The notes beneath the pieces are model-generated. The model saw nothing but the letters and a program-made list of their open reading frames with translations, had not been told where the DNA came from and made no database searches. This document shows positions 20,299 to 32,680 of a DNA stretch of 44,646 nucleotides, one piece after another. The translations under genes and the position numbers were made by a program. The DNA comes from Bdellovibrionota bacterium (lineage in GTDB: Bacteria; Bdellovibrionota_C; UBA2361; JBGSMV01). The first letter of the stretch is position 1, and the number at the start of each line of letters is the position of its first letter. Where the stretch lies: the NCBI GenBank assembly GCA_044356455.1, contig JBIKWF010000027.1, positions 1-44,646 of the forward strand, in the 5' to 3' direction.

Positions 20299-21711
20299 AT
20301 GGCAGCTTCCTTCACCACTACGCCAAACGATATTGCAAAACTTCTGCGAGCTCGTCTTGGAGAGCAGGTTCTTGTTCCCGAGTCCTCTGACCTCTCCCGC
20401 TACTTAGGCGACTCGTGCAAACAATTTTCTGGAGCTCCCGCCTGCGTAGTGTGCCCCGCAAACATCGAACAAGTGGGAGAGCTCCTGCGCCTCTGCACCG
20501 AAAACAAAATTCCTGTAGTCCCCTCGGGAGGCCGCACGGGGTATAGCGGCGGCGCAACGGCGACTCGAGGCGAAGTGCTTCTTTCACTTGAGCGCCTCAA
20601 TAAAATTATTTCTCTCTCTGAGCGCGAACGCATTTTGCGAGTTCAAGCCGGAGTAACGCTCGAGAAAGTCCAGGAGGCCGCGCGGCATGCGGGGCTTATG
20701 TACCCCGTTGATTTTACCGCGCGCGGATCGGCGCATATTGGTGGCACCATTGCGACGAATGCCGGTGGGGTCCGTGTGGTTCGCTATGGATCGACACGTG
20801 AGTGGGTGAGGGGGCTTACCGTTGTGCGTGCTTCCGGTGAGGTGATTTCCTTCTCGGGGCGGTTGATTAAGGATAATACGGGATACGACTTTTGCCGCCT
20901 CTTTGTGGGCTCGGAAGGCACTCTTGGTGTGATTGTTGAGGCTGACCTCGCACTTACTCTTTCGCCAAAGCCGAGTGTGCTTTTTCTTGCGGCCGTTTCG
21001 GATTTTAAGAGCCCAGTCGCTGTCTTAGAGACGCTTTCGAATAACTTTTGTGTTTCGCTTTTTGAATATTTTGATCGCGCAAGTCTTGAGCTTGTGGTGA
21101 AGCACCGAGGTCTAAGAGATCCTTTTTCTTCGCCGTTTCCGGCCTACTTGCTTGTTGAATTGGAGTGCTCAGAAAAGCAGCGTGCGGAAGAGCTTGAGCC
21201 ATTGCTTGAGCGGCTTGTGGGGCAGAATGAGTTACGAGAACTCGTCATCGCCGAGTCGAGTGAGCATCGGCGCGGGCTGATGGGTCTTCGCGAGCTGATA
21301 GGGGACGTTACCAACTCGTTCTATGTAGCGCACAAAAATGACGTTTCAGTGCCCGTGCCTGATGTTGGTAGTTTCGTCTCTCGGCTTCAAGAAATGCGGG
21401 GGCGGGAATTTCCCTCTGAGCAGGTAGCCATTTTTGGTCATGTGGGAGATGGCAACCTGCATGTGAACATCCTTAAGCCTACGCATGAGGAGGCGGCTAG
21501 TTTTTTCTCCCGCATGGAAGAATTCGATTTGAGGCTCTTCGCCTTGGTCAAAGAGTTTTCCGGAAGCATTTCGGCAGAGCATGGGGTGGGGCTTCTGAAA
21601 AAGAGGTTCCTTCCCTATTCCCGCTCGAGTGCTGAAATTCAGCTCATGAGAGAGGTCAAAAAGGCATTTGACCCCCTAGGAATTCTAAATCCAGGGAAGG
21701 TTTTCGATTAA
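20299..21711 (+). CDS. FAD-binding oxidoreductase, GlcD / D-2-hydroxyacid dehydrogenase family
   Basis: VVPSGGRTG, IGGTIATNAGG, KDNTGYD, GSEGTLG, FGHVGDGNLHVN, SISAEHGVG, DPLGILNPGK. Start uncertain (20260, 20287 or 20299). Confidence 0.9.
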   Translation: MAASFTTTPNDIAKLLRARLGEQVLVPESSDLSRYLGDSCKQFSGAPACVVCPANIEQVGELLRLCTENKIPVVPSGGRTGYSGGATATRGEVLLSLERLNKIISLSERERILRVQAGVTLEKVQEAARHAGLMYPVDFTARGSAHIGGTIATNAGGVRVVRYGSTREWVRGLTVVRASGEVISFSGRLIKDNTGYDFCRLFVGSEGTLGVIVEADLALTLSPKPSVLFLAAVSDFKSPVAVLETLSNNFCVSLFEYFDRASLELVVKHRGLRDPFSSPFPAYLLVELECSEKQRAEELEPLLERLVGQNELRELVIAESSEHRRGLMGLRELIGDVTNSFYVAHKNDVSVPVPDVGSFVSRLQEMRGREFPSEQVAIFGHVGDGNLHVNILKPTHEEAASFFSRMEEFDLRLFALVKEFSGSISAEHGVGLLKKRFLPYSRSSAEIQLMREVKKAFDPLGILNPGKVFD

Positions 21712-22408
21712 TCCGGGCGTTAAACCCCCTGAGCGATGTTTGACTCGCCAGATGCGCCATGGTACCTATCCGCCGTCATTACACGGACTTGTGTTGAGCA
21801 ATATCTAAGTAGCTGATATTTCTGCCTGTTTTGGCTTGGTCCAAAAGCGGGGAGAGGGATTATCGGCTCGCATTCGCCTAGGTAAGCCTTAAAAAGCTTA
21901 TTTTTTTGAGTGTTCGGGTGTTGCTCAAGAGATGCAAGGCTTTTTCCTGGGAAAGTATCCATCTCGGGCAAGTTCGGTTGTGGAGTATGCTGCCCGGCTG
22001 CAGCGGTCATTGATTGTTGGCCCAGTTTTCTCTGATTCGAAGAGCTTGCATTTCGAGCTCTTGTTGAATCGGCGCACTTTAGCGGATCTGTTCTGTTATT
22101 GGGTGCTGAGATCTGCCTCTCGAGGTAGGTAATTCGGGAAAAGATTTGCTGACATGACGACCCGTGACGCCATCGCTCCCCAGGAGAAGCAGCAAGATAC
22201 ATAAGTTTGAGATTTCTCTCGCACAATCGAGGTTAAAAGCTTCGGGGTGGTGCGGAGGAGATCTTGAGTTCGTTTTCGTTCTTAGAGGTCGCTTGGCCTT
22301 TAGGGGAGAGATTCAGGCGGAGCGCCTGTGAGGTTCGCTTTCGAGGGGTATTTTCCTTCGAAAAAGGGATCTTTTCGCGCTGCCGGAAGTGATCTTCCCT
22401 AAGCGCTT

Positions 22409-22417
22409 TGCTACACT
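22409..22417 (+). promoter_or_regulatory. Possible extended -10 promoter of the str operon
   Basis: TGcTACACT 125 nt upstream of rpsL; no good -35 seen. Confidence 0.35.
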
Positions 22418-22542
22418 CTTGAGCCTTCTTTAGGGGTTCCTTTTTTAGAGGAGCCTTTGATGAGGCCGTTTGATGTTCGTTTCAACTGTAGTGAAGCTGC
22501 GCGTAATTTTTTAGTGCGGCTAAAGGAAAGAGGCTAGCGAGA

Positions 22543-22914
22543 ATGCCAACAATTAATCAGCTCGTCCGCAATCGTCGTGGAAGTAAGCGTCGACGCAGTA
22601 AGTCACCAGCTTTGGTGTCCTGCCCTCAGCGTCGTGGCGTATGCACTCGCGTGTATACTATGACGCCAAAGAAGCCTAATTCGGCTCTACGAAAAGTGGC
22701 CCGTGTTCGCTTAACGAGCGGAATTGAAATTACTAGTTATATTCCCGGCGTGGGCCACAATCTTCAAGAACACTCAGTGGTCTTGGTGCGTGGTGGACGT
22801 GTGAAGGATCTTCCGGGTTGTCGTTACCATACCGTGCGCGGAAAGCTTGAAGCGCATGGCGTTGCGGATCGTAAGCAAAGCCGCTCGAAGTACGGAGCGA
22901 AGAGACCGAAGTAG
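22543..22914 (+). CDS. rpsL: 30S ribosomal protein S12
   Basis: [32 protein letters not shown]. Confidence 0.99.
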   Translation: MPTINQLVRNRRGSKRRRSKSPALVSCPQRRGVCTRVYTMTPKKPNSALRKVARVRLTSGIEITSYIPGVGHNLQEHSVVLVRGGRVKDLPGCRYHTVRGKLEAHGVADRKQSRSKYGAKRPK

Positions 22915-23001
22915 TAGCGGCACTTCTCTTGCGGGGCTCGCCTTTTAGCGGGTTCTCTCGTTGGGAGGAGTCACGATAGTGAATTTGGCATTTTGAATTG
23001 A

Positions 23002-23478
<477 letters not shown>

Positions 23479-23557
23479 TAGAGCGTCTTTAGGACGTAGT
23501 GGTGGGCGTATAGAAAGTGCGCCTTCCTAGTTTTGATTTGAGATAGAGAGAAGAATC

Positions 23558-25660
23558 GTGGCACCAAAGGCAGATCTTAGTAAGACACGCAATATTGGGA
23601 TCATGGCGCACATCGACGCCGGTAAGACGACTACGTCCGAGCGTGTGCTTTATTACACCGGTGTGAACTACAAGATCGGTGAAGTGCATGAAGGCGCAGC
23701 AACCATGGACTACATGGAGCTTGAGCAGGAGCGTGGTATCACGATTACCTCCGCCGCAACCACCTGCTTCTGGAAGGGTTCTCTGCGCGACATGCCGGAG
23801 CACAAGATCAATCTTATCGATACTCCAGGCCACGTTGACTTCACTATCGAAGTAGAACGCAGCTTGCGCGTGCTTGATGGTGCGGTTGCAGTATTCGACG
23901 GTGTAAACGGCGTAGAGCCGCAGTCCGAGACGGTATGGCGTCAAGGCAACAAGTTTAAAGTTCCGCGTATTTGCTTCATCAACAAGATGGATCGTATTGG
24001 CGCGGACTTCCAGATGTCGCTTGATTCAATCAAGGAAAGGCTGGGGGCGAACGCGATTCCGATTCAGCTCCCGATTGGAGCTGAGAGTGAGTTCAAGGGT
24101 GTTATCGACCTCGTTAACATGAAGGCGATCACCTACAAGGATGAGACCAAGGGCGCAGAGTTCGATCTTGGTGAGATTCCCGCAGATCTTCTTGATGCCG
24201 CAAAAACTGCGCGTGAGAAGCTTGTTGAGGCTGTTTCCGAGACCGACGAACGTCTGATGGAGAAATACATCGGCGGAGAAGAGGTCAGCATCGCAGAGCT
24301 CAAGGCTGGAATTCGTTCCGCCACGATTCGCATGCTCATGTTCCCCGTTATCTGCGGAAGCGCATTTAAGAATAAGGGTGTGCAACCTCTGCTTGATGCC
24401 GTGGTTGAGTATCTTCCTTCTCCTCTGGATGTGCCGCCAATGAAGGGTTTCTTGCCTGGTGGCCGAAAGGGAGAAGTGGTGGAGTTGGTTCGCCAGCCAT
24501 CCCCTGATGAGCCTTTCTGTGCACTTGCATTCAAGATCATCACGGATCCGTACGTCGGCGTTCTCACCTTCTTCCGCGTTTACTCGGGTTCGCTTTCTCC
24601 AGGAACCACGGTTCTCAATTCCACACGCGATAAGCGCGAAAGAATTGGCCGTATCATGAGAATGCATGCGGACAAGCGTGAAGAGATTAAGGAAATTTCA
24701 GTCGGTGACATCGGCGCAGCCGTGGGTCTCAAGGAAACGATTACGGGCGATACGCTTTGTGATTCTGAGAACCCCATTCTGCTTGAGAGCATTTTTGCTC
24801 CTGAGCCTGTTATCAGCATTGCGATCGAGCCTAAGACCAAGGTTGATGAAGAGAAGATGGGCATGAGTCTCATGAAGCTCGCGAAAGAAGATCCTTCTTT
24901 GCGTCTTCGTGTTGACCAAGAGTCCGGCCAGACCATTATTTCTGGAATGGGCGAGCTGCATCTCGATATCATTCAGCAGCGTTTATTCAGAGAGTTCGGA
25001 GTTGCGACGACCTCTGGTAAGCCTCAAGTGGCTTACCGTGAGACGATCGTGGCGAAAGCCGAAAACGAAACCAAGTATGCGAAGCAGACTGGTGGTCGTG
25101 GACAGTTCGGCCATGTTCTTCTCCGCGTAGAGCCTCTTCCTCCAGGGTCGGGAGTGATCTTTGAAGACGAGATTAAGGGTGGTGTAATTCCTAAGGAATA
25201 CGTGCCTGCCGTTGAAGATGGCGTGCTTGAAGCCCTTCAAGGTGGAGTACTCGCAGGATACCCACTCATTGATGTTAAAGTGACGCTCTATTTCGGTAGC
25301 TACCATGAGGTAGACTCGAATGAGATGGCCTTCAAGATCGCTGGCTCAATCTGCGTGAAAGAAGCTTGCCGCAAGGCAAAGATGCAGCTTCTTGAGCCTA
25401 TCATGGCGGTAGAAGTGGTGTGCCCTGATGACTTCATCAGCAACATCGTCGGTGACCTTAACCGTCGCCGTGCAAGAATCCTAGGTATGGAGCCTCGAGG
25501 TGGTGGACAGGCGGTGAAGGCCGAAGTTCCTCTCTCTGAGATGTTCGGGTACTCAACCGATCTTCGGTCGAGCTCCCAAGGACGAGCAACATTCACTATG
25601 GAATATCATCACTATTCGCCGGTGCCGGCGCATATCGCTGAAGGTCTTGCTGCTAAGTAG
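23558..25660 (+). CDS. fusA: Elongation factor G
   Basis: [50 protein letters not shown]. Confidence 0.99.
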   Translation: MAPKADLSKTRNIGIMAHIDAGKTTTSERVLYYTGVNYKIGEVHEGAATMDYMELEQERGITITSAATTCFWKGSLRDMPEHKINLIDTPGHVDFTIEVERSLRVLDGAVAVFDGVNGVEPQSETVWRQGNKFKVPRICFINKMDRIGADFQMSLDSIKERLGANAIPIQLPIGAESEFKGVIDLVNMKAITYKDETKGAEFDLGEIPADLLDAAKTAREKLVEAVSETDERLMEKYIGGEEVSIAELKAGIRSATIRMLMFPVICGSAFKNKGVQPLLDAVVEYLPSPLDVPPMKGFLPGGRKGEVVELVRQPSPDEPFCALAFKIITDPYVGVLTFFRVYSGSLSPGTTVLNSTRDKRERIGRIMRMHADKREEIKEISVGDIGAAVGLKETITGDTLCDSENPILLESIFAPEPVISIAIEPKTKVDEEKMGMSLMKLAKEDPSLRLRVDQESGQTIISGMGELHLDIIQQRLFREFGVATTSGKPQVAYRETIVAKAENETKYAKQTGGRGQFGHVLLRVEPLPPGSGVIFEDEIKGGVIPKEYVPAVEDGVLEALQGGVLAGYPLIDVKVTLYFGSYHEVDSNEMAFKIAGSICVKEACRKAKMQLLEPIMAVEVVCPDDFISNIVGDLNRRRARILGMEPRGGGQAVKAEVPLSEMFGYSTDLRSSSQGRATFTMEYHHYSPVPAHIAEGLAAK

Positions 25661-25906
25661 TAGTAGCGGCGAAGTGAGGTGTTTTTCACCACTCGGGCTC
25701 TTAAGGGAGCACGTGAGGTCTGTAGGTTGAGATGGTTGCGCGAATTCTAGAGAGTTCGCAGGAAAGTCAGAAGAATTTTGGAAGCGTTAGTAAATTTTTG
25801 CAGTGTAATTTTTGGTAGTGAAAAGGTCTTGTGATGCAGTGGTGCGAATGTGCCAAGGCAATAATAAAGATCAGAATAGCTGCCGGGTGTAATAGGGGAA
25901 TTGACT

Positions 25907-27106
25907 ATGTCGAAGGGAAAATTCGAGAGAACCAAGCCGCACGTTAACGTCGGCACCATTGGTCACGTTGACCACGGTAAGACGACCCTCACCGCAGCCC
26001 TCGTGAATACGCAGGCGAAGCGGAGTCTTGCCAAGGCCAAGAGCTACACGGACATCGCCAAGGGCGGAACGGTCCGTGATGAGAGCAAGACCGTAACCAT
26101 TCACAGCGCCCACGTGGAGTATGAGACCGAGAAGCGTCACTATGCCCACGTAGACTGCCCAGGCCATGCCGATTATGTGAAGAACATGATTACCGGTGCG
26201 GCGCAAATGGACGGAGCAATTCTTGTGGTAAGCGCTTCTGACGGTCCTATGCCTCAGACTCGCGAGCACATTCTTCTTGCTCGTCAAGTTGGCGTTCCCA
26301 AGATTGTCGTCTTCCTTAACAAGGTTGACACCGTTGATGATCCTGAACTTCTTGATCTCGTTGAGATGGAGATTCGTGAGCTTCTTAGCCTCTATGAATT
26401 CCCAGGCGATGATACTCCAATCATTCGTGGTTCGGCTCTTAAGGCTCTCCAGGGTGATGATGCGAGCGAGATTGGTACGAAGTCTCTTGATAAGCTTCTT
26501 GCCACGATCGACGAATACGTTCCGCTTCCTCAGCGTGAAGTAGATAAGCCTTTCCTTATGCCTGTTGAGGACGTGTTCTCAATTGAAGGACGTGGAACGG
26601 TTGCTACTGGCCGTATCGAGCGCGGTATCGTGAAGATCGGCGAGGAAATCGAAGTCATCGGACTTAAGGATACTCAGAAGACCGTAGTTACTGGCGTTGA
26701 AATGTTCCAGAAGACCCTCGATGAAGGTCAGGCTGGTGACAACGTAGGGCTTCTCCTACGTGGTCTCAAGAGAACGGATATTGAACGCGGTCAGGTTATT
26801 GCTAAGCCTGGCACGATCAAGCCGCATAAGAAGTTCAAGGCCGAAGCCTACATCCTCAAGAAGGAAGAAGGTGGACGTCATAAGCCTTTCTTCTCGGGAT
26901 ACCGTCCTCAGTTCTACTTCCGTACGACTGACGTAACGGGAAGCCTTAACCTCCCGACGGGTGTTGAGATGGCTATGCCTGGCGATCGCATCCATTTGGA
27001 AGTTGAGCTTCATCAGTCAATCGCGCTTGAGAAGCAGTCACGTTTCGCTATCCGTGAGGGTGGTAAGACGGTTGGTTCCGGCGTGGTCACTGAAATCATT
27101 GAGTAA
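25907..27106 (+). CDS. tuf: Elongation factor Tu with non-canonical switch I
   Basis: [51 protein letters not shown] 25907 follows AGGGGA. Confidence 0.99.
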   Translation: MSKGKFERTKPHVNVGTIGHVDHGKTTLTAALVNTQAKRSLAKAKSYTDIAKGGTVRDESKTVTIHSAHVEYETEKRHYAHVDCPGHADYVKNMITGAAQMDGAILVVSASDGPMPQTREHILLARQVGVPKIVVFLNKVDTVDDPELLDLVEMEIRELLSLYEFPGDDTPIIRGSALKALQGDDASEIGTKSLDKLLATIDEYVPLPQREVDKPFLMPVEDVFSIEGRGTVATGRIERGIVKIGEEIEVIGLKDTQKTVVTGVEMFQKTLDEGQAGDNVGLLLRGLKRTDIERGQVIAKPGTIKPHKKFKAEAYILKKEEGGRHKPFFSGYRPQFYFRTTDVTGSLNLPTGVEMAMPGDRIHLEVELHQSIALEKQSRFAIREGGKTVGSGVVTEIIE

Positions 27107-27573
27107 ATGAATTGCCTCCCACGGTTCCTCCAAAGAGGGGCGTGGGTGGCATAACAAAATCGTACTTCTTCAAACCCATGCTCACTTCGTGAGTAAGGAA
27201 AGTAGAAAAAGTACGTGAGGAGGGCGCCCAGTAATGGGCGCTCTCCTTCGCAGAAAAGAACGAAGAAAGTAGCGTTCCAAGTTCTGCTCCACTTCTTGCG
27301 TAGCGAAGATGTGAGCGATTCCTTGAAATAGGAATCTTTTGTTGCGGGATACTTGCTTAGGTTTGCTAACTGTCCTCTTCTGGTAGCCGGTATTTTGGTT
27401 CTGGCATCTTCTGAGTAGCTTCCGCTAGTCGCTGAAAAAGCGACGGAAGCTGAATTGAGATGTTGAATTGAGATGTTGAACTGGCCCTTGTGGATTCAGT
27501 TAGGTAGCGAACTTGGCGTGAGTGCCCGTAACGCGATTTGGGCGAGAAGTGTTTTTTTGAGACGAGGTCTAGC

Positions 27574-27888
27574 ATGATAGGTGGTCAGCTGATTCGCATT
27601 CGTTTGAAGGGGTACGATCATAAGCTCCTTGATTCGGCGGTTTCGGAGATCGTTCAGACTGTGCGCCGCACTGGCGGTCGCGTAGCTGGGCCAATTCCGC
27701 TTCCAACCCGCATTGAGCGTTATACGGTCAACCGTTCAACGTTCTCAGACAAAAAGTCGAGAGAGCAGTTTGAAATTCGGACCCATAAGCGGTTGCTCGA
27801 TATTCTTGAGCCAACCCAGCAGACCATTGATGAGCTCGGGAAACTCGAGCTTTCAACTGGTATCGATGTGGAGATCAAGCTGCAGTAG
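27574..27888 (+). CDS. rpsJ: 30S ribosomal protein S10
   Basis: [34 protein letters not shown] before ATG 27574. Confidence 0.98.
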   Translation: MIGGQLIRIRLKGYDHKLLDSAVSEIVQTVRRTGGRVAGPIPLPTRIERYTVNRSTFSDKKSREQFEIRTHKRLLDILEPTQQTIDELGKLELSTGIDVEIKLQ

Positions 27889-27949
27889 GTGAATTTCGCT
27901 GCTGCAGGGAGCCCCAAAGAGAATGGGGAGAGAAAAGGAGAATGATCGA

Positions 27950-28666
27950 ATGAAAAATCCAAAGATTTATAGAGAAGGCCTAATCGGAAAGAAGCTGGGA
28001 ATGACCCATGTCTTCGCTGAGGATGGCACCTGTGTTCCCGTCACGATTATCCAGGCGGGACCTTGCTACGTACTTGATGTGAAGTCGACCGAGAAGCACG
28101 GGTATTCGTCGGTGCAGCTTGGTTTTGAGCCAAAGCTCGGACAGCGCGTCAACAAAGCTGACCTTGGTCGCTTTGGGAAGGTTGGTAAAGGCGCCTTCTA
28201 CCACGTCAAGGAAGTGCGATGTGATGCTCAGGCTCTGGGCTGGAGCACTCCTGGTCAGGAACTCAAGGTCACCGATGTTTTCCAGAATGGAGAGCTCGTT
28301 GACGTATCGGGTGTGAGCATCGGGCGCGGATACTCAGGTGTGGTTCGCCGCTTCAAGGTGAAGGGTCATCCTTCAACTCGCGGTACGCATGAATATCGTC
28401 GCCATATCGGTGCGGTCGGTTGTCGTAAGTTTCCTGCGCGTATCTTTAAGAACAAGCGCATGCCGGGACACATGGGTGTAGACAACGTGACCATTCAGAA
28501 TCTCAAAGTCGTCCAGGTTAACCCTGAGACGAATGTGATTTTGGTTCGCGGTGGTATTCCAGGCGCCACGGGTGGCTTGGTAGTCATTCGTAAGGCTCAC
28601 AAAGGCGTTGCAAATGGCGGTGTGACCGCTTCGAATGCTGCGAAGGCTCCTACGAAAGCCGCCTAA
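27950..28666 (+). CDS. rplC: 50S ribosomal protein L3
   Basis: [35 protein letters not shown] 9 nt before ATG 27950. Confidence 0.97.
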   Translation: MKNPKIYREGLIGKKLGMTHVFAEDGTCVPVTIIQAGPCYVLDVKSTEKHGYSSVQLGFEPKLGQRVNKADLGRFGKVGKGAFYHVKEVRCDAQALGWSTPGQELKVTDVFQNGELVDVSGVSIGRGYSGVVRRFKVKGHPSTRGTHEYRRHIGAVGCRKFPARIFKNKRMPGHMGVDNVTIQNLKVVQVNPETNVILVRGGIPGATGGLVVIRKAHKGVANGGVTASNAAKAPTKAA

Positions 28667-28758
28667 GTGTGGCGGGGGAATTTTGCAAGCGTAGCTTGTG
28701 AAGTGAGGAACTATAACTCGGGACGCTAAAGGGCTCGAGATGAATAGGGCATATTGGT

Positions 28759-29505
28759 ATGGCAGAGAGTCTAAAAAATTCTAAGGCAAAGAAGGCTTCA
28801 GCTTCGAATGTTTCGTATCCCGTAGTGGATATGAAAGGCAAAGAAGTTGGGACGGTCGATCTTGATGCAGGCGTATTTGCGGCGCCTGTTTCTGAGGCAA
28901 TCGTTTTTGACGCCGTCATGTGGCAGCTTTCAAAGCGACGACAGGGTACGCACTCAGTTCTCACCAAGGGAACTATGAAGGGTGGCGGTAAGAAGCCTTG
29001 GAAGCAAAAGGGAACCGGCCGTGCACGTGCTGGTACGAGCTGCTCGCCTCTTTGGGTAGGCGGTGGTGTGGCACATGGCCCGAAGTCGAATCCTTTCGGC
29101 TATGAGAATCGCCTTTCAAAGCGTAGCAAGCGTCAAGCTCTTGCCGCGGCCTTGACCGATAAGATCAATCAGAAGGGTCTCATTGTCCTTGATTCGCTTA
29201 CAGTGCCAAGTGGCAAGACCAAGGATCTTTCGAAGGTGCTTTCGGCCCTCGGTTGCTTGAAGGATGGGTCGGCAGCGAAGTCTGTTCTTCTCTGCTCTTC
29301 TGCTGACATGAAGGCTGAAGTGGTTGGTGGGAAAGCAAGTCCTGAGTTTCTGGCAAGCCGAAACGTTAAGGGTTTGCAGCTTCTTCCTGTGGAAGGGCTG
29401 AACGTATTTGAAGTAGTGAAAGCGAAGTATCTTGTGGGAACCAAGGCTCAGATCTTGGCTCTTCAAGGTGAAGTAGCGCGGCGCTTTTCTAAAGAGAACG
29501 CGTAA
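28759..29505 (+). CDS. rplD: 50S ribosomal protein L4
   Basis: RRQGTH, KPWKQKGTGRARAG, GGGVAHGP. Confidence 0.97.
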   Translation: MAESLKNSKAKKASASNVSYPVVDMKGKEVGTVDLDAGVFAAPVSEAIVFDAVMWQLSKRRQGTHSVLTKGTMKGGGKKPWKQKGTGRARAGTSCSPLWVGGGVAHGPKSNPFGYENRLSKRSKRQALAAALTDKINQKGLIVLDSLTVPSGKTKDLSKVLSALGCLKDGSAAKSVLLCSSADMKAEVVGGKASPEFLASRNVKGLQLLPVEGLNVFEVVKAKYLVGTKAQILALQGEVARRFSKENA

Positions 29506-29566
29506 AAGAATGAATTAGTTTTTGCGAAGTCCATAGGATTTTGCAGCGTGCAGAGAGAGAGGCTTT

Positions 29567-29944
29567 ATGGCTGAGAAAGAGACAAAGAAGGTAGCAGCAA
29601 AAAAGACTGCCAAAGGAGCAAAGAAGAGTGCTGCTCCTGCGAAGGGTTCCGCCACAGTAGCGCAGTATGCGCTTCTCAAGCGCCCCATCATCACCGAGAA
29701 GACGGCGCTTCTTAGCGTTGATCGAGATCGCGTTGCCTTCAAAGTTCCAAGTGACGCTACCAAGACGGATATCCGTGCGGCCGTGCAGGCTATTTACGGA
29801 GTTGAGGTCGCCAAGGTTCGCACGGTGAACGTGCTTGGGAAGATGAAGCGAGCAGGTGCTTCCATGGGCCGTCGTCAGGGCTTTAAGAAAGCATATGTGA
29901 CGATTAAGAGTGGCCAGACGATTGATGTCGTAGAGGGCCTCTAA
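29567..29944 (+). CDS. rplW: 50S ribosomal protein L23
   Basis: PIITEK, ATKTDI, KKAYVT; Lys/Ala-rich N-terminal extension. Confidence 0.97.
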   Translation: MAEKETKKVAAKKTAKGAKKSAAPAKGSATVAQYALLKRPIITEKTALLSVDRDRVAFKVPSDATKTDIRAAVQAIYGVEVAKVRTVNVLGKMKRAGASMGRRQGFKKAYVTIKSGQTIDVVEGL

Positions 29945-30006
29945 AGAGAGCTTGACGGCGAAGTGATAGAAAGCCAGTTGCCCCTAAGGGCGGTGGGAGA
30001 GCGAAT

Positions 30007-30840
30007 ATGAGTCTAAAAAGTTTTAATCCAACAACCCCAACTCGAAGGTTTTTGACCTCGAGCGAGTTCAAAGAGATTACGACTGGGAAACCAGAAAAAT
30101 CTCTTCTTCGAAAGAAGAACTCATCCGGTGGACGTAATAACCAAGGCCGTCAGACCAACATCAACATGGGTGGTGGTCATAAGCAGCGTTACCGAATTAT
30201 CGATTTCAAGCGCGATAAGAAGGGTATCCCTGCGGTAGTGGCGACCATTGAGTACGATCCTAATCGTTCAGCTCGTATTGCTCTTCTTCAATATGTTGAC
30301 GGAGAGAAGCGTTACATCTTGGCTCCCCAGGGCCTTGAAGTTGGTCAGAAGATCATGAGTGGACCCGACGCTGAAATTAAGCCCGGAAACACCCTGCCTC
30401 TTCGCAACATTCCAACAGGCGTTGCGATTCACAACATCGAGGTGAAGGTTGGCCACGGCGGACAGCTTGTGCGTTCCGCTGGTGTCGGTGCGCAGCTCAT
30501 TGCGAAAGAGGGCGAATATGCACTTCTCAGAATGCCTTCTGGCGAAATGAGAAAAGTATTCATTGAGTGCCAGGCTTCTATAGGCGCGGTCAGCAACCCT
30601 GATCATCAGAACATGATGATTGGTAAAGCTGGTCGTAGTCGTTGGCTCGGCATTAGGCCCCACAACCGTGGTACTTCGAAGAATCCTGTTGACCATCCTC
30701 TTGGTGGTGGTGAGGGTAAATCGAAGGGTGGACGTCACCCAGTATCACCGACCGGTGTTCCGGCCAAGGGGTACAAGACTCGGCACAACAAGCGCACTTC
30801 GAAGTTTATTGTGCGCCGTCGTAACGATAAGAAGTCATAA
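30007..30840 (+). CDS. rplB: 50S ribosomal protein L2
   Basis: [36 protein letters not shown]. Confidence 0.99.
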   Translation: MSLKSFNPTTPTRRFLTSSEFKEITTGKPEKSLLRKKNSSGGRNNQGRQTNINMGGGHKQRYRIIDFKRDKKGIPAVVATIEYDPNRSARIALLQYVDGEKRYILAPQGLEVGQKIMSGPDAEIKPGNTLPLRNIPTGVAIHNIEVKVGHGGQLVRSAGVGAQLIAKEGEYALLRMPSGEMRKVFIECQASIGAVSNPDHQNMMIGKAGRSRWLGIRPHNRGTSKNPVDHPLGGGEGKSKGGRHPVSPTGVPAKGYKTRHNKRTSKFIVRRRNDKKS

Positions 30841-30872
30841 GTTGAAATTTGATACGCTAGCGGAGAGTTTGT

Positions 30873-31160
30873 ATGCCACGTTCAATTAAGAAAGGACCAT
30901 TTATCGATGCGCACCTTGCCAAGTGGGTGGAGCGCGCACGGAATGGAGCACATAAAGGACCTATCAAGACCTGGTCTCGTCGCTCGACGATTACCCCGGA
31001 CATGATTGGATTGACCTTTGCGGTGCATAATGGTCGCAAGTTCAACGCCGTATTTGTAACTGAGAATATGGTTGGCCATAAGCTCGGGGAGTTTTCGGCT
31101 ACCAGGACGTTCTTCGGACATACGCTGAAGGAGAAGTCTGCCGCTCCTGCGCCGTCTTAG
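30873..31160 (+). CDS. rpsS: 30S ribosomal protein S19
   Basis: [26 protein letters not shown]. Confidence 0.99.
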   Translation: MPRSIKKGPFIDAHLAKWVERARNGAHKGPIKTWSRRSTITPDMIGLTFAVHNGRKFNAVFVTENMVGHKLGEFSATRTFFGHTLKEKSAAPAPS

Positions 31161-31284
31161 TGCGTTTTAGCCCTAAGGAGTTGCAGCTCTGAGTGATTGA
31201 GGGATGCCTCAGGCGAAGAAGTTGTTCGATGAAGCTCGAAAACGGAAGCAGGGTAAGGGAAGTGTTCTAAAGAGAGACGAGAAG

Positions 31285-31671
31285 ATGAATACTCAACAAA
31301 GTAAGTCAAAATATAGCCCGAACATTCAAGGTGAAGTGGTGGCCTCCGCTACGCTTCGTCATGTTCGTATTTCCCCGCAGAAGGCCCGTCTCGTACTTGG
31401 CCTTATCCGTGGCAAGGAAGTAGAGCGTGCTCTTGATATTCTTCGTTATACCCCTAAGAAGGGTGCTCGATTGGTTTCCAAGCTGCTTAAGTCTGCCGTG
31501 AGCAACGCTCGCGAGAAGGGTGGCGTTGATTTGGATTCTTTGCTCGTGACGGGATGCTGGGCTGATACGGGTCGTACCATGAAGCGCTTTATGCCTAGGG
31601 CACGCGGTATGGCAACGCCGATTCTCAAGCGTTCGTCGCACATTACGCTCGTTTTGGGCGCAAGGCATTGA
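31285..31671 (+). CDS. rplV: 50S ribosomal protein L22
   Basis: RISPQKARLV, KRFMPRARG, KRSSHIT. Start 31285 preferred; in-frame ATG also at 31204. Confidence 0.95.
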   Translation: MNTQQSKSKYSPNIQGEVVASATLRHVRISPQKARLVLGLIRGKEVERALDILRYTPKKGARLVSKLLKSAVSNAREKGGVDLDSLLVTGCWADTGRTMKRFMPRARGMATPILKRSSHITLVLGARH

Positions 31672-31910
31672 ATTTGTTGATTTAAGTTCCCGACTAGAAA
31701 ATCTTGCCGAACGTTTCAGCAAGGTAATTTTTGAAGCGGGGGACAGATAGGGTGACGGGTTGGTTACTTCACGTCGCAAGTTTGATTTATAGAGGTTCGT
31801 TGGCTACACTACACCGCTTTTTGCACTGTATCGCTTTTTGCACTGTAGGGCTTTTTGCGGGGAACGGTTTAGCCACGGATTTCAAAAGTTTGAAGCATTA
31901 AGGAGATTTA

Positions 31911-32573
31911 ATGGGCCAGAAAGTTCATCCCAAAGGGTTCCGCCTCGGTGGACTTGATACCTGGGTATCTCGTTGGTTTGTGTCGCGTGACCACCATCGT
32001 TACATCGGTGAAGATGTCCAGATTCGCAAGTACGTAAAGAGCCGCCTCAACCAGGCTGGTATCTCCCGCGTTGAAATCGAGCGGGCCGCTGCTCGCGCAA
32101 AGATCAATATTTTTTCTGCCAAGCCCGGACTTGTGATTGGTAAGAAGGGTAAGGACATCGAAGATCTTCGCAAGGAGCTTCGGAACTTGGTCAAGCGTGA
32201 TGTGAGCATTAACATCATTGAGACCCGCAAGGCCGACATGGATGCGCAGCTAGTTGCCGAGAACATCGCTTTTCAGCTGGAGCGTCGTATCGCGTTCCGC
32301 CGTGCGATGAAGGAAGCGGTAACGAGAGCTCAGCGCATGGGCGCAGAGGGCGTTAAGATTCAGGTCGCAGGCCGCTTAAACGGTGCTGAGATCGCAAGAA
32401 CTGAGAAGTATAGAGAAGGACGAGTTCCTCTTCATACGCTCCGAGCCGATATCGACTACGGGACTGCAGAGGCACACACCACGTACGGTCTTATCGGGAT
32501 CAAGGTTTGGATCTTCAAGGGCGAGCGTTTTGCAGAGGGTGAGGCTCAGACATACGAAGCGATTCAACTTTAG
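31911..32573 (+). CDS. rpsC: 30S ribosomal protein S3
   Basis: [36 protein letters not shown]. Confidence 0.99.
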   Translation: MGQKVHPKGFRLGGLDTWVSRWFVSRDHHRYIGEDVQIRKYVKSRLNQAGISRVEIERAAARAKINIFSAKPGLVIGKKGKDIEDLRKELRNLVKRDVSINIIETRKADMDAQLVAENIAFQLERRIAFRRAMKEAVTRAQRMGAEGVKIQVAGRLNGAEIARTEKYREGRVPLHTLRADIDYGTAEAHTTYGLIGIKVWIFKGERFAEGEAQTYEAIQL

Positions 32574-32680
32574 TTGTTTGTCAGCATTCGTGTTGGGTTT
32601 CTAGGTCTGACTTATTTCTCTTAGTCCTGGTGGGCTGAGAAGAGTCAGAGATGAAATGAAAGAGTTCTAGGGAACGAGTT

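Noticed and set aside
21859..21892. Perfect GCCGATAA sigma28 -10 box on the minus strand
   Set aside because: No TAAA/TCAA -35 at the right spacing and no nearby same-strand gene start.
21720..22226. 168-aa minus-strand ORF before rpsL
   Set aside because: No family motif, atypical composition and no clear RBS; cannot be supported without homology or expression data.
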